Assembly (NCBI GenBank): GCA_963778115.1
Contig: CAVZSV010000004.1
Span: 1,504,001 to 1,568,000, forward strand
Reading direction: 5' to 3'
Length of the DNA: 64,000 bases
Source of the DNA: an uncultured delta proteobacterium
Lineage (GTDB): Bacteria; Bdellovibrionota; FAC87; UBA2466
Positions 39,919 to 49,447 of this stretch are shown here, piece after piece (the first letter of the stretch is position 1; each line of letters begins with the position of its first letter). The notes beneath the pieces are model-generated. The model saw only the letters and a program-made list of their open reading frames with translations, ran no database searches and was not told the DNA's origin. The position numbers and the translations under genes are program-made.

Positions 39919-41394
39919 TTATGAGAACCGAGGAAATCGAATGACGATCCGGGTGCCGTTCGGAAGAGGATCAATAGCGGCTCTGCTGCTGGTTACGAAA
40001 ATCTCACCGTGATGTAAATTGACAATCTTTTTCATAATCACCGATCCCAATCCTAAAGAGACGTGCGAAAGATCACTTTCATCCACCAAACGACGCCCTC
40101 TTGCTTTGCCAAAGCCCTCGATGTCCTCACGGTTCATACCGGCCCCATCATCAAACACCGTCACTATGAGGTGTTCTCCTTTTTCTTCAAGAGTTACCTG
40201 AACCGCGGCTTTGGCAAAACGGGATGCGTTTTCAAAGATGTTCTTCACCAACCTACGAATAAGGCGAGAGTCGCCGGAAAGTGAACCAAACGAAGTCCCT
40301 TCGCCTAAAAGTCTTAGGCTCCAAGCGATGCGCTCGGAAGAGGCGATCTCTTGCGCCTTTCTAACTTGTATTTCCCCTTCCAAAATGGCCCTCAGATCCA
40401 CTATTTCAGTTGTCTTTTTGTAGAGGGGTTCGTCCATCTGGGCAATGAACAGGAGATTTTCTAGTAAATCGGTGAAGTAAGATATTTCCGCTTGGCAAAC
40501 GGAAACGATTTGAATTCTTTCCGCGGCGGGCATCTGTGCCCAATGAGAGGACAGTGTTTCGATGGAAGTTCTAAGGCTCGTTAGCGGAGTGCGAAGATCG
40601 TGGCTTAACTCTTGGAAAAAAGTTTTCCTGGCCTGCTCCGCTTCCGCTAACTTTCCCACCAAGCGCTCGATCTCGGACGCCATCCGATTAAAGTCGAGCA
40701 TAAGACTGCCCATCTGATCAAACTGCTTAATGGAAAATCGTGCTTTCAGATCCCCTCGCTCAAGGCGCAAGAGAACGCCTCTTGCCTCGGAAGATTTTTT
40801 TCGCAAATACAGAAAAGTCATCAACATGGAGATTAGGGCACAGAATGCCAAAGCGGAGCCGAATAAGAATAATTGAAAGAGCTCATTATTATCTCCCTGT
40901 CTAGGGCGAGGTGCTGTCATCACCAAAAAGGAAGGCTTTACCGTTCCCAGTCTCATCACGACCAAGTAGGGGCTAAGCGCAAGAAAACGGTAGCTACTGC
41001 TCACTTCATGAGCATTTTCAGGCTTTGGAAGGGAAATCCAAGGTTCCGGAAGCGGATCGCGAGTATTTCCTCCAGTCACTCTCCCGTCGGCGTCCACGAC
41101 CCAAACATGTGGCGGTCGGTGGGGATGCGGAGCCCTCGGATCCATTTCGGGAGCAGTTGCATGAAAAGATCCCGGTGGCGCCCCTGGAGGAGGTTCCGGA
41201 GGAGGCATTTCAAATACATTCTTATCATCCGGTGACTTTTCATAATTCAAAGCAAAATTCATCAGAAGATGGCGACGCATCTCCATGCCGCTATTTTCGG
41301 TAAACGCGCGAAGAGAAAGGACGATCACAACTCCCACGGCCAACGCGCAAAGGATATTGAAGAGAAGAAATCCGAGGAATGTTTTGCTGCTCAT
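39919..41394 (-). CDS. HAMP-domain sensor histidine kinase
   Basis: Two TM segments, FNRMA, SHDLRTPL, N box, DDGAG, GLG. Confidence 0.92.
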   Translation of the reverse strand: MSSKTFLGFLLFNILCALAVGVVIVLSLRAFTENSGMEMRRHLLMNFALNYEKSPDDKNVFEMPPPEPPPGAPPGSFHATAPEMDPRAPHPHRPPHVWVVDADGRVTGGNTRDPLPEPWISLPKPENAHEVSSSYRFLALSPYLVVMRLGTVKPSFLVMTAPRPRQGDNNELFQLFLFGSALAFCALISMLMTFLYLRKKSSEARGVLLRLERGDLKARFSIKQFDQMGSLMLDFNRMASEIERLVGKLAEAEQARKTFFQELSHDLRTPLTSLRTSIETLSSHWAQMPAAERIQIVSVCQAEISYFTDLLENLLFIAQMDEPLYKKTTEIVDLRAILEGEIQVRKAQEIASSERIAWSLRLLGEGTSFGSLSGDSRLIRRLVKNIFENASRFAKAAVQVTLEEKGEHLIVTVFDDGAGMNREDIEGFGKARGRRLVDESDLSHVSLGLGSVIMKKIVNLHHGEIFVTSSRAAIDPLPNGTRIVIRFPRFS

Positions 41395-42062
41395 TTATTT
41401 TCCAATCGGTAACCAACTCCGTAGACGGGGGTGATCTGCACGTCTTTTAGTTCCGCGTCTTTCAATTTCCGTCTCAAATGGCTCAAATGCGAGTCCACCG
41501 TTCGGTCATACATTTCAGAATCCGTATCGATAGTACTTATAATCTCTTCTCGAGTAACGACCTCTCCCGACCTCTTGACGAGAAGGGCTAAAATATCGAA
41601 CTCTCTTTTACCCAACGACACGGTACTTTCTCCCACCCAAGCTTGTCTTTGCTTCATGCTGATACGAAGCGAGTGAAAGGAAATGACATCGTTAGATTTT
41701 GTCTTATTGCTTAACAACCGATTCAATCTAGCGGAAAGCTCCTCGAGTCCGAAAGGTTTACGGACATAATCGTCGGCGCCACTCTCGATCCCGCGGACCG
41801 CGGAAGCTTCATCCGCTCGCGCGGTCAGCATGACGATCGGAATGGGATTTTGTTTTTCGCGCAATGTTTTGCAAAGTTCATATCCAGTGCCGTCCGGCAA
41901 ATTCACATCCAGGATCACCAGATCGAACTCATTCTTTTCCAAGGCTTCACGTCCCGCTCTCACCGATTCGCAAATGGTGACGTCAAAGTCTCGATAGTGA
42001 AGTGCCGTCTTTAGCGTACGAGAGATCATGCGATCGTCTTCCACTAATAAAAGTTTTTTCAT
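41391..42062 (-). CDS. OmpR-family response regulator
   Basis: VEDD, LDVNLP, KPF, RTVDSHLSHLRRK, GVGY. Confidence 0.93.
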   Translation of the reverse strand: MKKLLLVEDDRMISRTLKTALHYRDFDVTICESVRAGREALEKNEFDLVILDVNLPDGTGYELCKTLREKQNPIPIVMLTARADEASAVRGIESGADDYVRKPFGLEELSARLNRLLSNKTKSNDVISFHSLRISMKQRQAWVGESTVSLGKREFDILALLVKRSGEVVTREEIISTIDTDSEMYDRTVDSHLSHLRRKLKDAELKDVQITPVYGVGYRLENK

Positions 42063-42273
42063 GACATTTCCTCTCTCGTTCGCCTCGAGCGATGCCTCAA
42101 CTTCTATTTTGCGCTAGTTAAATGGAAAGTTCGACTAGTATTTACGTAATAATATTAAATGGTTATATATTCCACAAAATTCCAAGGTTTCTATCGTAAT
42201 CTTTAGTCATGGGGGATGCATAATCCCCGAAAGTTTATAAAGTTCGTTTCTCCTCGAACGAAACCAAAAGATA

Positions 42274-42310
42274 GCGGCCCCGAGATGGTCTCGGGGCCGT
42301 TTATTTTTTC
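42274..42310 (+). terminator. Rho-independent terminator (possibly bidirectional)
   Basis: GCGGCCCCGAGA-TGG-TCTCGGGGCCGT followed by TTATTTTTT. Confidence 0.8.
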
Positions 42311-42337
42311 ACGCATTTTTTCCGAAAGTTTCTACGG

Positions 42338-43399
42338 TTAGGCTCCGCCATCATCACTCGCCAAGGTCCGTTCGTGAGGCCGCAGCAATCGATATTCGGG
42401 GGTTCCAAGAATATCCGCTAAAAGCTTCTCCCAACGATCTCCCGCGCGAAGCCTTTCCATCCAAGGTGCTATCTCAGCATCTGTCGCGTTGGGTTTCTTA
42501 AAATGAGTCGACGCCCAGCCCAGAGCCAATTTGGTTAGAAACGCTTCCGAAGATAGGATTTCAGCTACACAGTCCGCGGTGGTCTGTCCGTTTTCCAATT
42601 TACCCATGGACTCGGCAATGGCGCTGATAGGCTGGTCCTTTATCAGATCGCGATACAAAGCCATTAGCATCGCGCGGTTGGAACTTCCGTGCTGAACAAA
42701 ATAGTCTTCCGACGAAGCCACACCGATAATGAGATCCTTCCAGCCCCCCACCCGGGCAACAGGAATCCATTTGTCTATCTCTTCCTGCTTGGGTTCCCTA
42801 GAAAACAAAGACCGATAAGTGGTGCGGACCAACGCGAGATCATACTGAGGAGAGTTAAGAAAGCGCCAAGCAATGTCCGCGGCGGAGCTGCCGTCGGCAA
42901 AAGTATTTCGAAAAATCTCAATCTCTTCGTCTTTGGGTTCTCGATTTAAAAGTTCTTCATAAAGCCGGTGCACCCAGCGTCGTCCGGTCACTTGAATTCT
43001 TACATCGGGAGTTAGATCGCCGAAGCGAGCCACAAATTCTTGTACCATCTGCCATTGAAAGGGCTTGGCACCCAGACTTTGGGGACCGGTGATCGTAAAG
43101 TCAAATTCTGCCGTTTCGCCGGGAGCGACTTGCGTTCCCTTGGCGAGCCGAGCGCGATTGACTCCCCACATGTCATTTTCAGGGGGGTTTTGAGACCCGA
43201 GCCGGTATCCCTTCTGGTACGCGTCAAACCACGTCGTAGTGCCGGTATTCTGAATGACGATCTTTACCGGAATTCTCTCTCCTATACCAATCGCATAGGG
43301 AATATTTTGAGAAATAAAGGCCGCGCCGTTTGTAGCAAATGCACCGTGAGCCATCAAAGAAAGAAAGACAATCGCGCGAATGGAATGAGTATGGGGCAT
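42338..43399 (-). CDS. Secreted protein: NBR1/FW-type Ig-like domain plus DUF4214-like helical repeats
   Basis: NTGTTTW...VAPGETAEF...WQMV; repeated LYxxLLxREP...W...SxEY. Confidence 0.65.
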   Translation of the reverse strand: MPHTHSIRAIVFLSLMAHGAFATNGAAFISQNIPYAIGIGERIPVKIVIQNTGTTTWFDAYQKGYRLGSQNPPENDMWGVNRARLAKGTQVAPGETAEFDFTITGPQSLGAKPFQWQMVQEFVARFGDLTPDVRIQVTGRRWVHRLYEELLNREPKDEEIEIFRNTFADGSSAADIAWRFLNSPQYDLALVRTTYRSLFSREPKQEEIDKWIPVARVGGWKDLIIGVASSEDYFVQHGSSNRAMLMALYRDLIKDQPISAIAESMGKLENGQTTADCVAEILSSEAFLTKLALGWASTHFKKPNATDAEIAPWMERLRAGDRWEKLLADILGTPEYRLLRPHERTLASDDGGA

Positions 43400-43413
43400 A
43401 GATGTCGGTGTAC

Positions 43414-43440
43414 TTATCGGCAGAAGGAATCGGTACCCTA
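43414..43440 (-). promoter_or_regulatory. sigma28-like promoter
   Basis: TAGGGTAC-N11-GCCGATAA, 14 nt before ATG 43399. Confidence 0.45.
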
Positions 43441-43472
43441 AAGCAGTTTCCTGCGTCAGATGCGATGGTGCG

Positions 43473-44393
43473 TCAACCTAAGATGACGCTAGAAGTAGCT
43501 TCGAATAATCCAAAAGGAAGTAAGCCCTCCGAAGCGGACTCAGGTTCCGACTCGGCCATCCGGCGATCGTCTTTGTGGCGGCATTCTCGCGCGATTTTGG
43601 CGCGAAGCACGTCGAGGTTCCATTCGCCAGTGTTGAAAATGATCAGGTCTCCGAGTTTCAAGAATTCGGGAATACCCACTAGGGTTCGCCTAGCGGCATT
43701 GATCGCTTCTAACCCCAAAATAGGATTTTTGATCTCTTTTCCCGGACTAACCCATCTTAGACACTCTTTGGGAACCCAATAGGGTTGTATCTTCACCGGA
43801 GCATCAGCGGAAGAAGGCAACTTTTCGATGAAAGCCACCATATCCTTACCGTGAGTCGACTTAAGAAAATTTACGACGTGAACCGGAAAGAGTCCGGAAC
43901 CGAAATCGATTCCGAAGCGTTGTTCTCCATTGGGATCCTGGGAAAATAACGGATGAATTTTTGAAATCGAAAGTAATTTAGGGCGGTGGAAAGAAGCCTC
44001 TTCAGCTTTCTTGGCTTGATTGTCAAAATCGGTACAGTGCAGAAGGATATGCACAGTGGACAAATCAGAAATTACTCGATCTTTTTCATTCCGAAATTTG
44101 ATTCCCGACGGCATGGCAACGCCAAGACCTCCGCTGGATCGTGATACCGATCGAGCGTTGCCATCAAAAAGGGAAAGGATGCGGGTAAATACCTCTTCTG
44201 TGACGTCTCGGACGTGACGGATTCCTTGCGCATCATAGTAGACAAATTTCTTACTCGTTGCTGACATAGACCCTCGCGGAACTCCTCGAACTCCACACGA
44301 TTTATTGAGATGCAACGCAAATACCAAGATCTTAGCCTTACCCAAACACCAAACTGTATCCAACGAGAAGTCACCCCGTAAGGCGTGGCGCAA
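43473..44393 (-). CDS. Hypothetical protein (start probably later, at MSATSK)
   Basis: Long ORF with no recognised motif. Confidence 0.55.
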   Translation of the reverse strand: MRHALRGDFSLDTVWCLGKAKILVFALHLNKSCGVRGVPRGSMSATSKKFVYYDAQGIRHVRDVTEEVFTRILSLFDGNARSVSRSSGGLGVAMPSGIKFRNEKDRVISDLSTVHILLHCTDFDNQAKKAEEASFHRPKLLSISKIHPLFSQDPNGEQRFGIDFGSGLFPVHVVNFLKSTHGKDMVAFIEKLPSSADAPVKIQPYWVPKECLRWVSPGKEIKNPILGLEAINAARRTLVGIPEFLKLGDLIIFNTGEWNLDVLRAKIARECRHKDDRRMAESEPESASEGLLPFGLFEATSSVILG

Positions 44394-44441
44394 GTGTCTA
44401 AGACTTAGACATACACGATGGGTGTCGCCGTGGAATTCGCT

Positions 44442-45221
44442 CTACTTCTCGATTTTCCGTTTCAATACCACCACCGTCTCGTACTCGTTTTTTCGAAGCA
44501 CCAAGGTTTCAAAGGGAAGTTGATAAGCCTGCTTTACATAACTCAGAAACTCTCGAAAAGTCTTTGTGGTCCAAACGTGAAAATGAATACTGATTTGGCC
44601 TCGCATTAGCTCTGTTGCTGTCTCAGCTATTTTATCGCCGGTTTTTCGCATTACCCTTTCGGTCCATTCAAGATAATGCTCCTCCCTGGAAATTTGGGGG
44701 CCGTCCGCGTGATCAGTGGCAAGGTGTTCATTGGGTGTTAGGCCCCGCTTCCGATCAAAAGTGAATCTCTTATCGGGAACCGAAATAAAGAGAATCCCTT
44801 CGGGTCGAACCACGCGAAGGAAATTCTTCAAAGTTCTGATAGGATCTTCACAGTGTTCGAGCATATGGTTGGCGATAATGAAATCTAGCGAAGACTCGGG
44901 GATCGTCATTAAACTCTCTCCATCATCAATGATATCGACGGCCACTAGTTTCTGTCCCGCAAGCTCCGGATAATGAATTCTCAGATCGCTTTCTTTTAAG
45001 CGATCCACGTAGCGGACTTTCACATGGCTGGGAACCTCAAGGGGTTGATTCAGAGCTCCAATTTCTATCCCCTCTCCGAAAAGAAACCGGTCGGCCAATT
45101 CCCGACGCCCTTCTAGAAAGGTCTTGTATCTAAATGGCGTGCGACTCAGTAACAAACGGCTGATAAATCGCGGCGCATGAATCGCTTTGCGCAAGACTGG
45201 TGGAAGCTCGTTCACGTCCAT
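44442..45221 (-). CDS. Class I SAM-dependent methyltransferase
   Basis: GIEIGAL, YVD, LDFIIANHMLEH, VRPEG. Confidence 0.8.
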   Translation of the reverse strand: MDVNELPPVLRKAIHAPRFISRLLLSRTPFRYKTFLEGRRELADRFLFGEGIEIGALNQPLEVPSHVKVRYVDRLKESDLRIHYPELAGQKLVAVDIIDDGESLMTIPESSLDFIIANHMLEHCEDPIRTLKNFLRVVRPEGILFISVPDKRFTFDRKRGLTPNEHLATDHADGPQISREEHYLEWTERVMRKTGDKIAETATELMRGQISIHFHVWTTKTFREFLSYVKQAYQLPFETLVLRKNEYETVVVLKRKIEK

Positions 45222-45276
45222 GCTGGCCTTATACCTTAGCTAGTCTTTTGAGCGCTACTTGAACTATCATTAAGGG

Positions 45277-45975
45277 ATGCGTTATGTGGTCGCTCTCTTT
45301 TTAGCCCTCTTTTTCCATTTCCCTCGCGTCGCCAGCGCAGATGGCCTTGAAAAAAAGTGGTCTCATATCGAATATGGGGGAGCAAACGTAGAGTCGGGAG
45401 CGACTCGGGTGGAAGCTGGGGACAAACTAGAGCTGGATCTTCTCAAAAGAACGCTCGTCGAAATGGTTGAAAACTATGGCGATAACGGAACATTTTATGT
45501 GAACGATCTGAATCCGGGAATGACCCAACGGGCAGCGAACGCATTAAAGGCATTTGCCCTTTTGAAAGGCTTTAACGGCGTTGCTATTGTGGCTCTGCCG
45601 GGAGATTTTACCAATAACCTTTCCATACCCTTCACTAACACCGCGCATCTGAAAAACCCGCCCAGAGAATTCTTTGAGGGGAGAGATTCCGGACATTCAG
45701 CCCTTCAACGTCTCGCGAACCGTTCTTTACATGGACTGCAAGTCGTAACCTCGCAGCCTCAGCTAGATCTCTTCGCACAGCACTTTTCCAACATTCACGA
45801 CATGGGCGAGGGGGAATTCTATGTCGATCCCAAGGGTAAAGTGATTACGCACAAGAAGACCAAGCTTTACCAAGTAGACCCGAACGAGCATTTCACTCAA
45901 AACGTCATCGACGCCCTTTGGGTCGACTCCTGCGGGGCTCGTCTCTCGGAATTCGAAAGATTGATGAGTCGATAG
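45277..45975 (+). CDS. Secreted hypothetical protein
   Basis: Signal peptide ending ASA. Confidence 0.65.
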   Translation: MRYVVALFLALFFHFPRVASADGLEKKWSHIEYGGANVESGATRVEAGDKLELDLLKRTLVEMVENYGDNGTFYVNDLNPGMTQRAANALKAFALLKGFNGVAIVALPGDFTNNLSIPFTNTAHLKNPPREFFEGRDSGHSALQRLANRSLHGLQVVTSQPQLDLFAQHFSNIHDMGEGEFYVDPKGKVITHKKTKLYQVDPNEHFTQNVIDALWVDSCGARLSEFERLMSR

Positions 45976-45994
45976 CCTTCTAGTGTATTTCCCT

Positions 45995-46021
45995 TAATCT
46001 CCAATGCTGATTAGCCGATAG
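45995..46021 (+). promoter_or_regulatory. sigma28-like promoter
   Basis: TAATCTCC-N11-GCCGATAG, 9 nt before ATG 46031. Confidence 0.45.
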
Positions 46022-46030
46022 GCCATTATC

Positions 46031-46837
46031 ATGGTCCTTTTCTCTCGTCACAGAAGCTGGATATTCCTACTGCTAACTATCTCAGCCCCGCTTACGGCAG
46101 CTTCCGTTATCAAAGCGAACCGACAGTATATTCTCGTATCAACGGATGCTTCGGGCCGTTGGAAATTAAATGAAAAGGCTTGCGTGGTTCGAAACGGCCA
46201 TTCAGTAGCTTGCGGAAAAGTATTTAAGATTTCAGACAAAGGAAACGCGATCATAAGAGTGGCGACCCGCACCGATCCCAGCCTCACGATTGTCGCGGGA
46301 GATTTGGTTTCTCGTAGCGGAAGAAACCTGGCGAGCGAGGGCCAGATACAATCTTCCGTGGATCGCTTCGATCCTGTCACTTCTAATTTTCAAGTGAGCC
46401 TAGAACTCTTGGGAGTAGCAGGACTCTACGATCTATTTGCTTCCTACCGCTTCTCCAAACATTGGGCCGCGAATTTAGGGTTTAGTTATTTTTCCGTTTC
46501 GACGACGGCTCTGGCCGGCACGGCAACAGCTTCTATCAGCGTACTTCAGTTTCCCTTCTCGATTTCAGCACTCCTAGGCGATGGGCCCAATAGCTCTTTC
46601 GAAATCCTCGGTGGCGGAGACTTGGCATTAGCTTCCGGTACGGCAACTGTCATTTCGTCTTCCGGCCTTTCCGGCAGCACGTCACAAGGCGGCCTATTGC
46701 TAGATTTAGGTTTGGGATATCGTTACTGGCCGGCTCAAGGGGGATTTCACTTTAGAGCTACCCTGTACGGTATCTATAGTCTGGCTGCCTCTTCGTTCTT
46801 CCCCTACGGTGGTGTCAGTCTCGGATACGCGTTCTAA
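46031..46837 (+). CDS. Putative outer-membrane beta-barrel protein with N-terminal small beta domain
   Basis: Signal peptide, amphipathic strands, C-terminal GYAF. Confidence 0.65.
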   Translation: MVLFSRHRSWIFLLLTISAPLTAASVIKANRQYILVSTDASGRWKLNEKACVVRNGHSVACGKVFKISDKGNAIIRVATRTDPSLTIVAGDLVSRSGRNLASEGQIQSSVDRFDPVTSNFQVSLELLGVAGLYDLFASYRFSKHWAANLGFSYFSVSTTALAGTATASISVLQFPFSISALLGDGPNSSFEILGGGDLALASGTATVISSSGLSGSTSQGGLLLDLGLGYRYWPAQGGFHFRATLYGIYSLAASSFFPYGGVSLGYAF

Positions 46838-46870
46838 TCAAGATTCCGCTGTCGCCGCCTATTTCGCCCC

Positions 46871-47095
46871 TTAGTCACAAGGGTTGTTCGCAATGGCGTT
46901 GGTAAGATCGGCGCAAGAGACGCCATTTCCTCGAAAGCTACATCCCTGACACGTGATCATTGTGCCCGCACCGTAGAATTTATTCGCCGTCGAATTATAG
47001 GGATAGCCCGCGGTATATCCACACGCGATGGTATTGAGACCTGGAGTCGAAGCGTACTGGGAATAGCTTAAGGTCATGGTGATCTCAACATTCAC
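46871..47095 (-). other. Small Cys-containing ORF, probably a gene remnant
   Basis: 74 aa, 5 Cys, no signal peptide or RBS. Confidence 0.3.
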
Positions 47096-47107
47096 GTTGG
47101 ATACAAT

Positions 47108-47134
47108 GAAGATAGAGGACCAGCCTCTATCTTC
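47108..47134. terminator. Perfect 11-bp hairpin downstream of the beta-barrel gene
   Basis: GAAGATAGAGG-ACCAG-CCTCTATCTTC; weak U-tract. Confidence 0.5.
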
Positions 47135-47165
47135 GCCCTAACAGCGCACATCGAAATCTAAAAGC

Positions 47166-48104
47166 TCACAACTGAATATTTGCCCCGACATACAGCGTGG
47201 AAATATTGTACCCGTTGGTGAAGGAAGCTGAAGCACTTGGGACACCCGATTCCGTATACCCTTGATAGGCATAGCGCACGAACAGAGCAGCGCTTTCCCA
47301 CGGTCGCCAACCCAACTCTACGCCAGGAACGAGTCTGACCGGAGTGCTATAAACGGTCGATTGACTTGGATAAGTCGTGTTAACCGAGTGCGAAGTCGCA
47401 AAGGTTGCGAACGCTTGCGCATAATAATCGTGAAAGACATGCACGCGGTAAAGCCCTTCCAACTGCACGGCAAAATAGCCGTCCTGATTGTAATTGTTGG
47501 CGGGATTAGCCGCGTTGTAAGTCCGGGAAAAATAGTAAAGAGCAGTCCCGATAAGAGAGAATTCGTGATCTCCCAATACGTAGCGAATATTACTCCCTAG
47601 ATCGACGATGTTCTGACCAGCGGAAAGTGCGGTATCGCCTAGGTTTGGCGTGAAATCGGCAAAGGCATTAGCGAACAATTTACCTTCGAGGCCTCCCACA
47701 TAACGGTAATTAAGCGTCAACGTAGGATCGTTCGGGTAAGTGGAACTCTGAGAGGTTGTCGTACTCGCTAAAATATTATTCGTCGTAAGTGTTTCGCTGA
47801 AATTAAAGGTGTCCGCTAACGAGATACTAAACTTATCGGTTATCCCGTAACCTAAAGTCGCCCCCATGGAATACGAAGTTCGCTTATAATCTATAGTGTT
47901 CTGTCCGCTTTGGACCATTAATTCGTCATAATGAAGGAAGGTATTGAAATTTACATTCAGGTTAAACACCCCTTGGGGGGCACGGTAATGCAAAGTGTCT
48001 ATCCGATTTCCCTCGTATGCACTCGACTCGTTCGTTTCCGCTCGAAGTCTGACAGCCCAACCCAAGGTGACCAATAGAATCAAAAGACCGATGTTTCTTC
48101 TCAT
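47166..48104 (-). CDS. Putative outer-membrane beta-barrel protein
   Basis: Signal peptide ending LRA, Tyr/Phe-rich alternating strands, GGAGGG RBS. Confidence 0.65.
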   Translation of the reverse strand: MRRNIGLLILLVTLGWAVRLRAETNESSAYEGNRIDTLHYRAPQGVFNLNVNFNTFLHYDELMVQSGQNTIDYKRTSYSMGATLGYGITDKFSISLADTFNFSETLTTNNILASTTTSQSSTYPNDPTLTLNYRYVGGLEGKLFANAFADFTPNLGDTALSAGQNIVDLGSNIRYVLGDHEFSLIGTALYYFSRTYNAANPANNYNQDGYFAVQLEGLYRVHVFHDYYAQAFATFATSHSVNTTYPSQSTVYSTPVRLVPGVELGWRPWESAALFVRYAYQGYTESGVPSASASFTNGYNISTLYVGANIQL

Positions 48105-48146
48105 TGTTAATCCCCTCCCTTAAATGTTGGTAATCCTATCACGGAA

Positions 48147-49391
48147 CTACTCGTTAGGTAGCTTCTTGGCCATCTCTTTGACGAGTTCTCCCAGATCTTC
48201 CCCCGAGGGATTAATTTCAATTCGATTTAAATTATCTTTTTCTATGGTGGCGGCGTCAGATCCCTTATTTGAAGGTTCGCAAGGCGCCCCCATCGTTCGT
48301 GCCGGAGCCGTTGGAGGTTTGGGGCTCACGGGTTTCCCGATACTGATACTAGCGGTAGTTTTGTCTTCTTTCTCGGACACCGGAGCCTGACTGTGGTTAA
48401 CCGTCCAATCCTGTCTTTCATCGACCCACCGGCGGTAACGTTCAAACGTCCACATGCCATCCGCGGCACCCGTCTGAAGCCATGTCGGAATTTTACTAAA
48501 TTGTCCGCTTCGAATGACCGACTTCACGGAAGTATTGGCGACCAGAATTTCGCACACGGGAACTCTGATCTTAAATTTCGGAAGATAAATGAGCTGCTGA
48601 CAAATTACCCCCACCAAACAATCTGCGACTTGATTGCAGATTGAGGACTGCAAATCAGAAGGAAAAGACATGCAGAGCCGGATTAACGCTTCCGCACAAG
48701 ACGAGGAGTGCACGGTGGAAAATACAAGGTGGCCTGTCTCCGCGGCATTCAGAGTCAAGCGCATAACATCCGGCGTGCGCATCTCTCCAATGACCAAGAC
48801 ATCAGGATCTTCGCGCATGGAATCGATAATCGCTTTTTCAAAGCTAGGCGTATGATGGCCCACCTCGCGCTGGCGGATAAACGACTTTCGACTCTTAAAA
48901 AAATATTCTATCGGGCTTTCGACCGTAACGATTTGTCGCCGGTGCAGGTGATTAATCTCTTCCACAAATGCCGCTAGGGTTGTCGATTTTCCGCTCCCGG
49001 TGGGGCCCGACACTAAGACGAGCCCGGTGTCCTTATTTAGGAATTGAGCGAAGTCAGAATGAACGTTGCAATCTTTAAGGGTATTTCGAAAGGTAGAAAG
49101 CAGGCGAACCGCAATGCTGACGCCCTTCATCGTTTGATAAAAATGCAGCCTACACCGAACTCCCGCGATGGTCTGAGAAAGGTCCGAAGATCTCTCAGAG
49201 AGAAAGGCCTGCCAGCGTTCCCCACCCAAAATCTCTCTCGCTAGCGAAAGAAGAGTCTCACCGGAAACAGTCGCTTCATTGGCAACCAGCTCGCCCCGAA
49301 CCCGCATCACTAGCGGCGATCCCGGCTCTAGATGCAAGTCACTAGCCCCGTTGTCCTTGGCAAGCCCGATCCAAGTATCAAGCTGAGTCAT
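48147..49391 (-). CDS. pilT: PilT/PilU-family type IV pilus retraction ATPase paralogue
   Basis: ASDLHL, GPTGSGKST, QREVG, REDPDVLVIGEMR, AETGHLVFSTVH. Confidence 0.8.
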   Translation of the reverse strand: MTQLDTWIGLAKDNGASDLHLEPGSPLVMRVRGELVANEATVSGETLLSLAREILGGERWQAFLSERSSDLSQTIAGVRCRLHFYQTMKGVSIAVRLLSTFRNTLKDCNVHSDFAQFLNKDTGLVLVSGPTGSGKSTTLAAFVEEINHLHRRQIVTVESPIEYFFKSRKSFIRQREVGHHTPSFEKAIIDSMREDPDVLVIGEMRTPDVMRLTLNAAETGHLVFSTVHSSSCAEALIRLCMSFPSDLQSSICNQVADCLVGVICQQLIYLPKFKIRVPVCEILVANTSVKSVIRSGQFSKIPTWLQTGAADGMWTFERYRRWVDERQDWTVNHSQAPVSEKEDKTTASISIGKPVSPKPPTAPARTMGAPCEPSNKGSDAATIEKDNLNRIEINPSGEDLGELVKEMAKKLPNE

Positions 49392-49447
49392 AGCCAAAAA
49401 TTATATCTGATGGGTAGGGCAAGCGTCATTGACGAACGTGCCGACCC

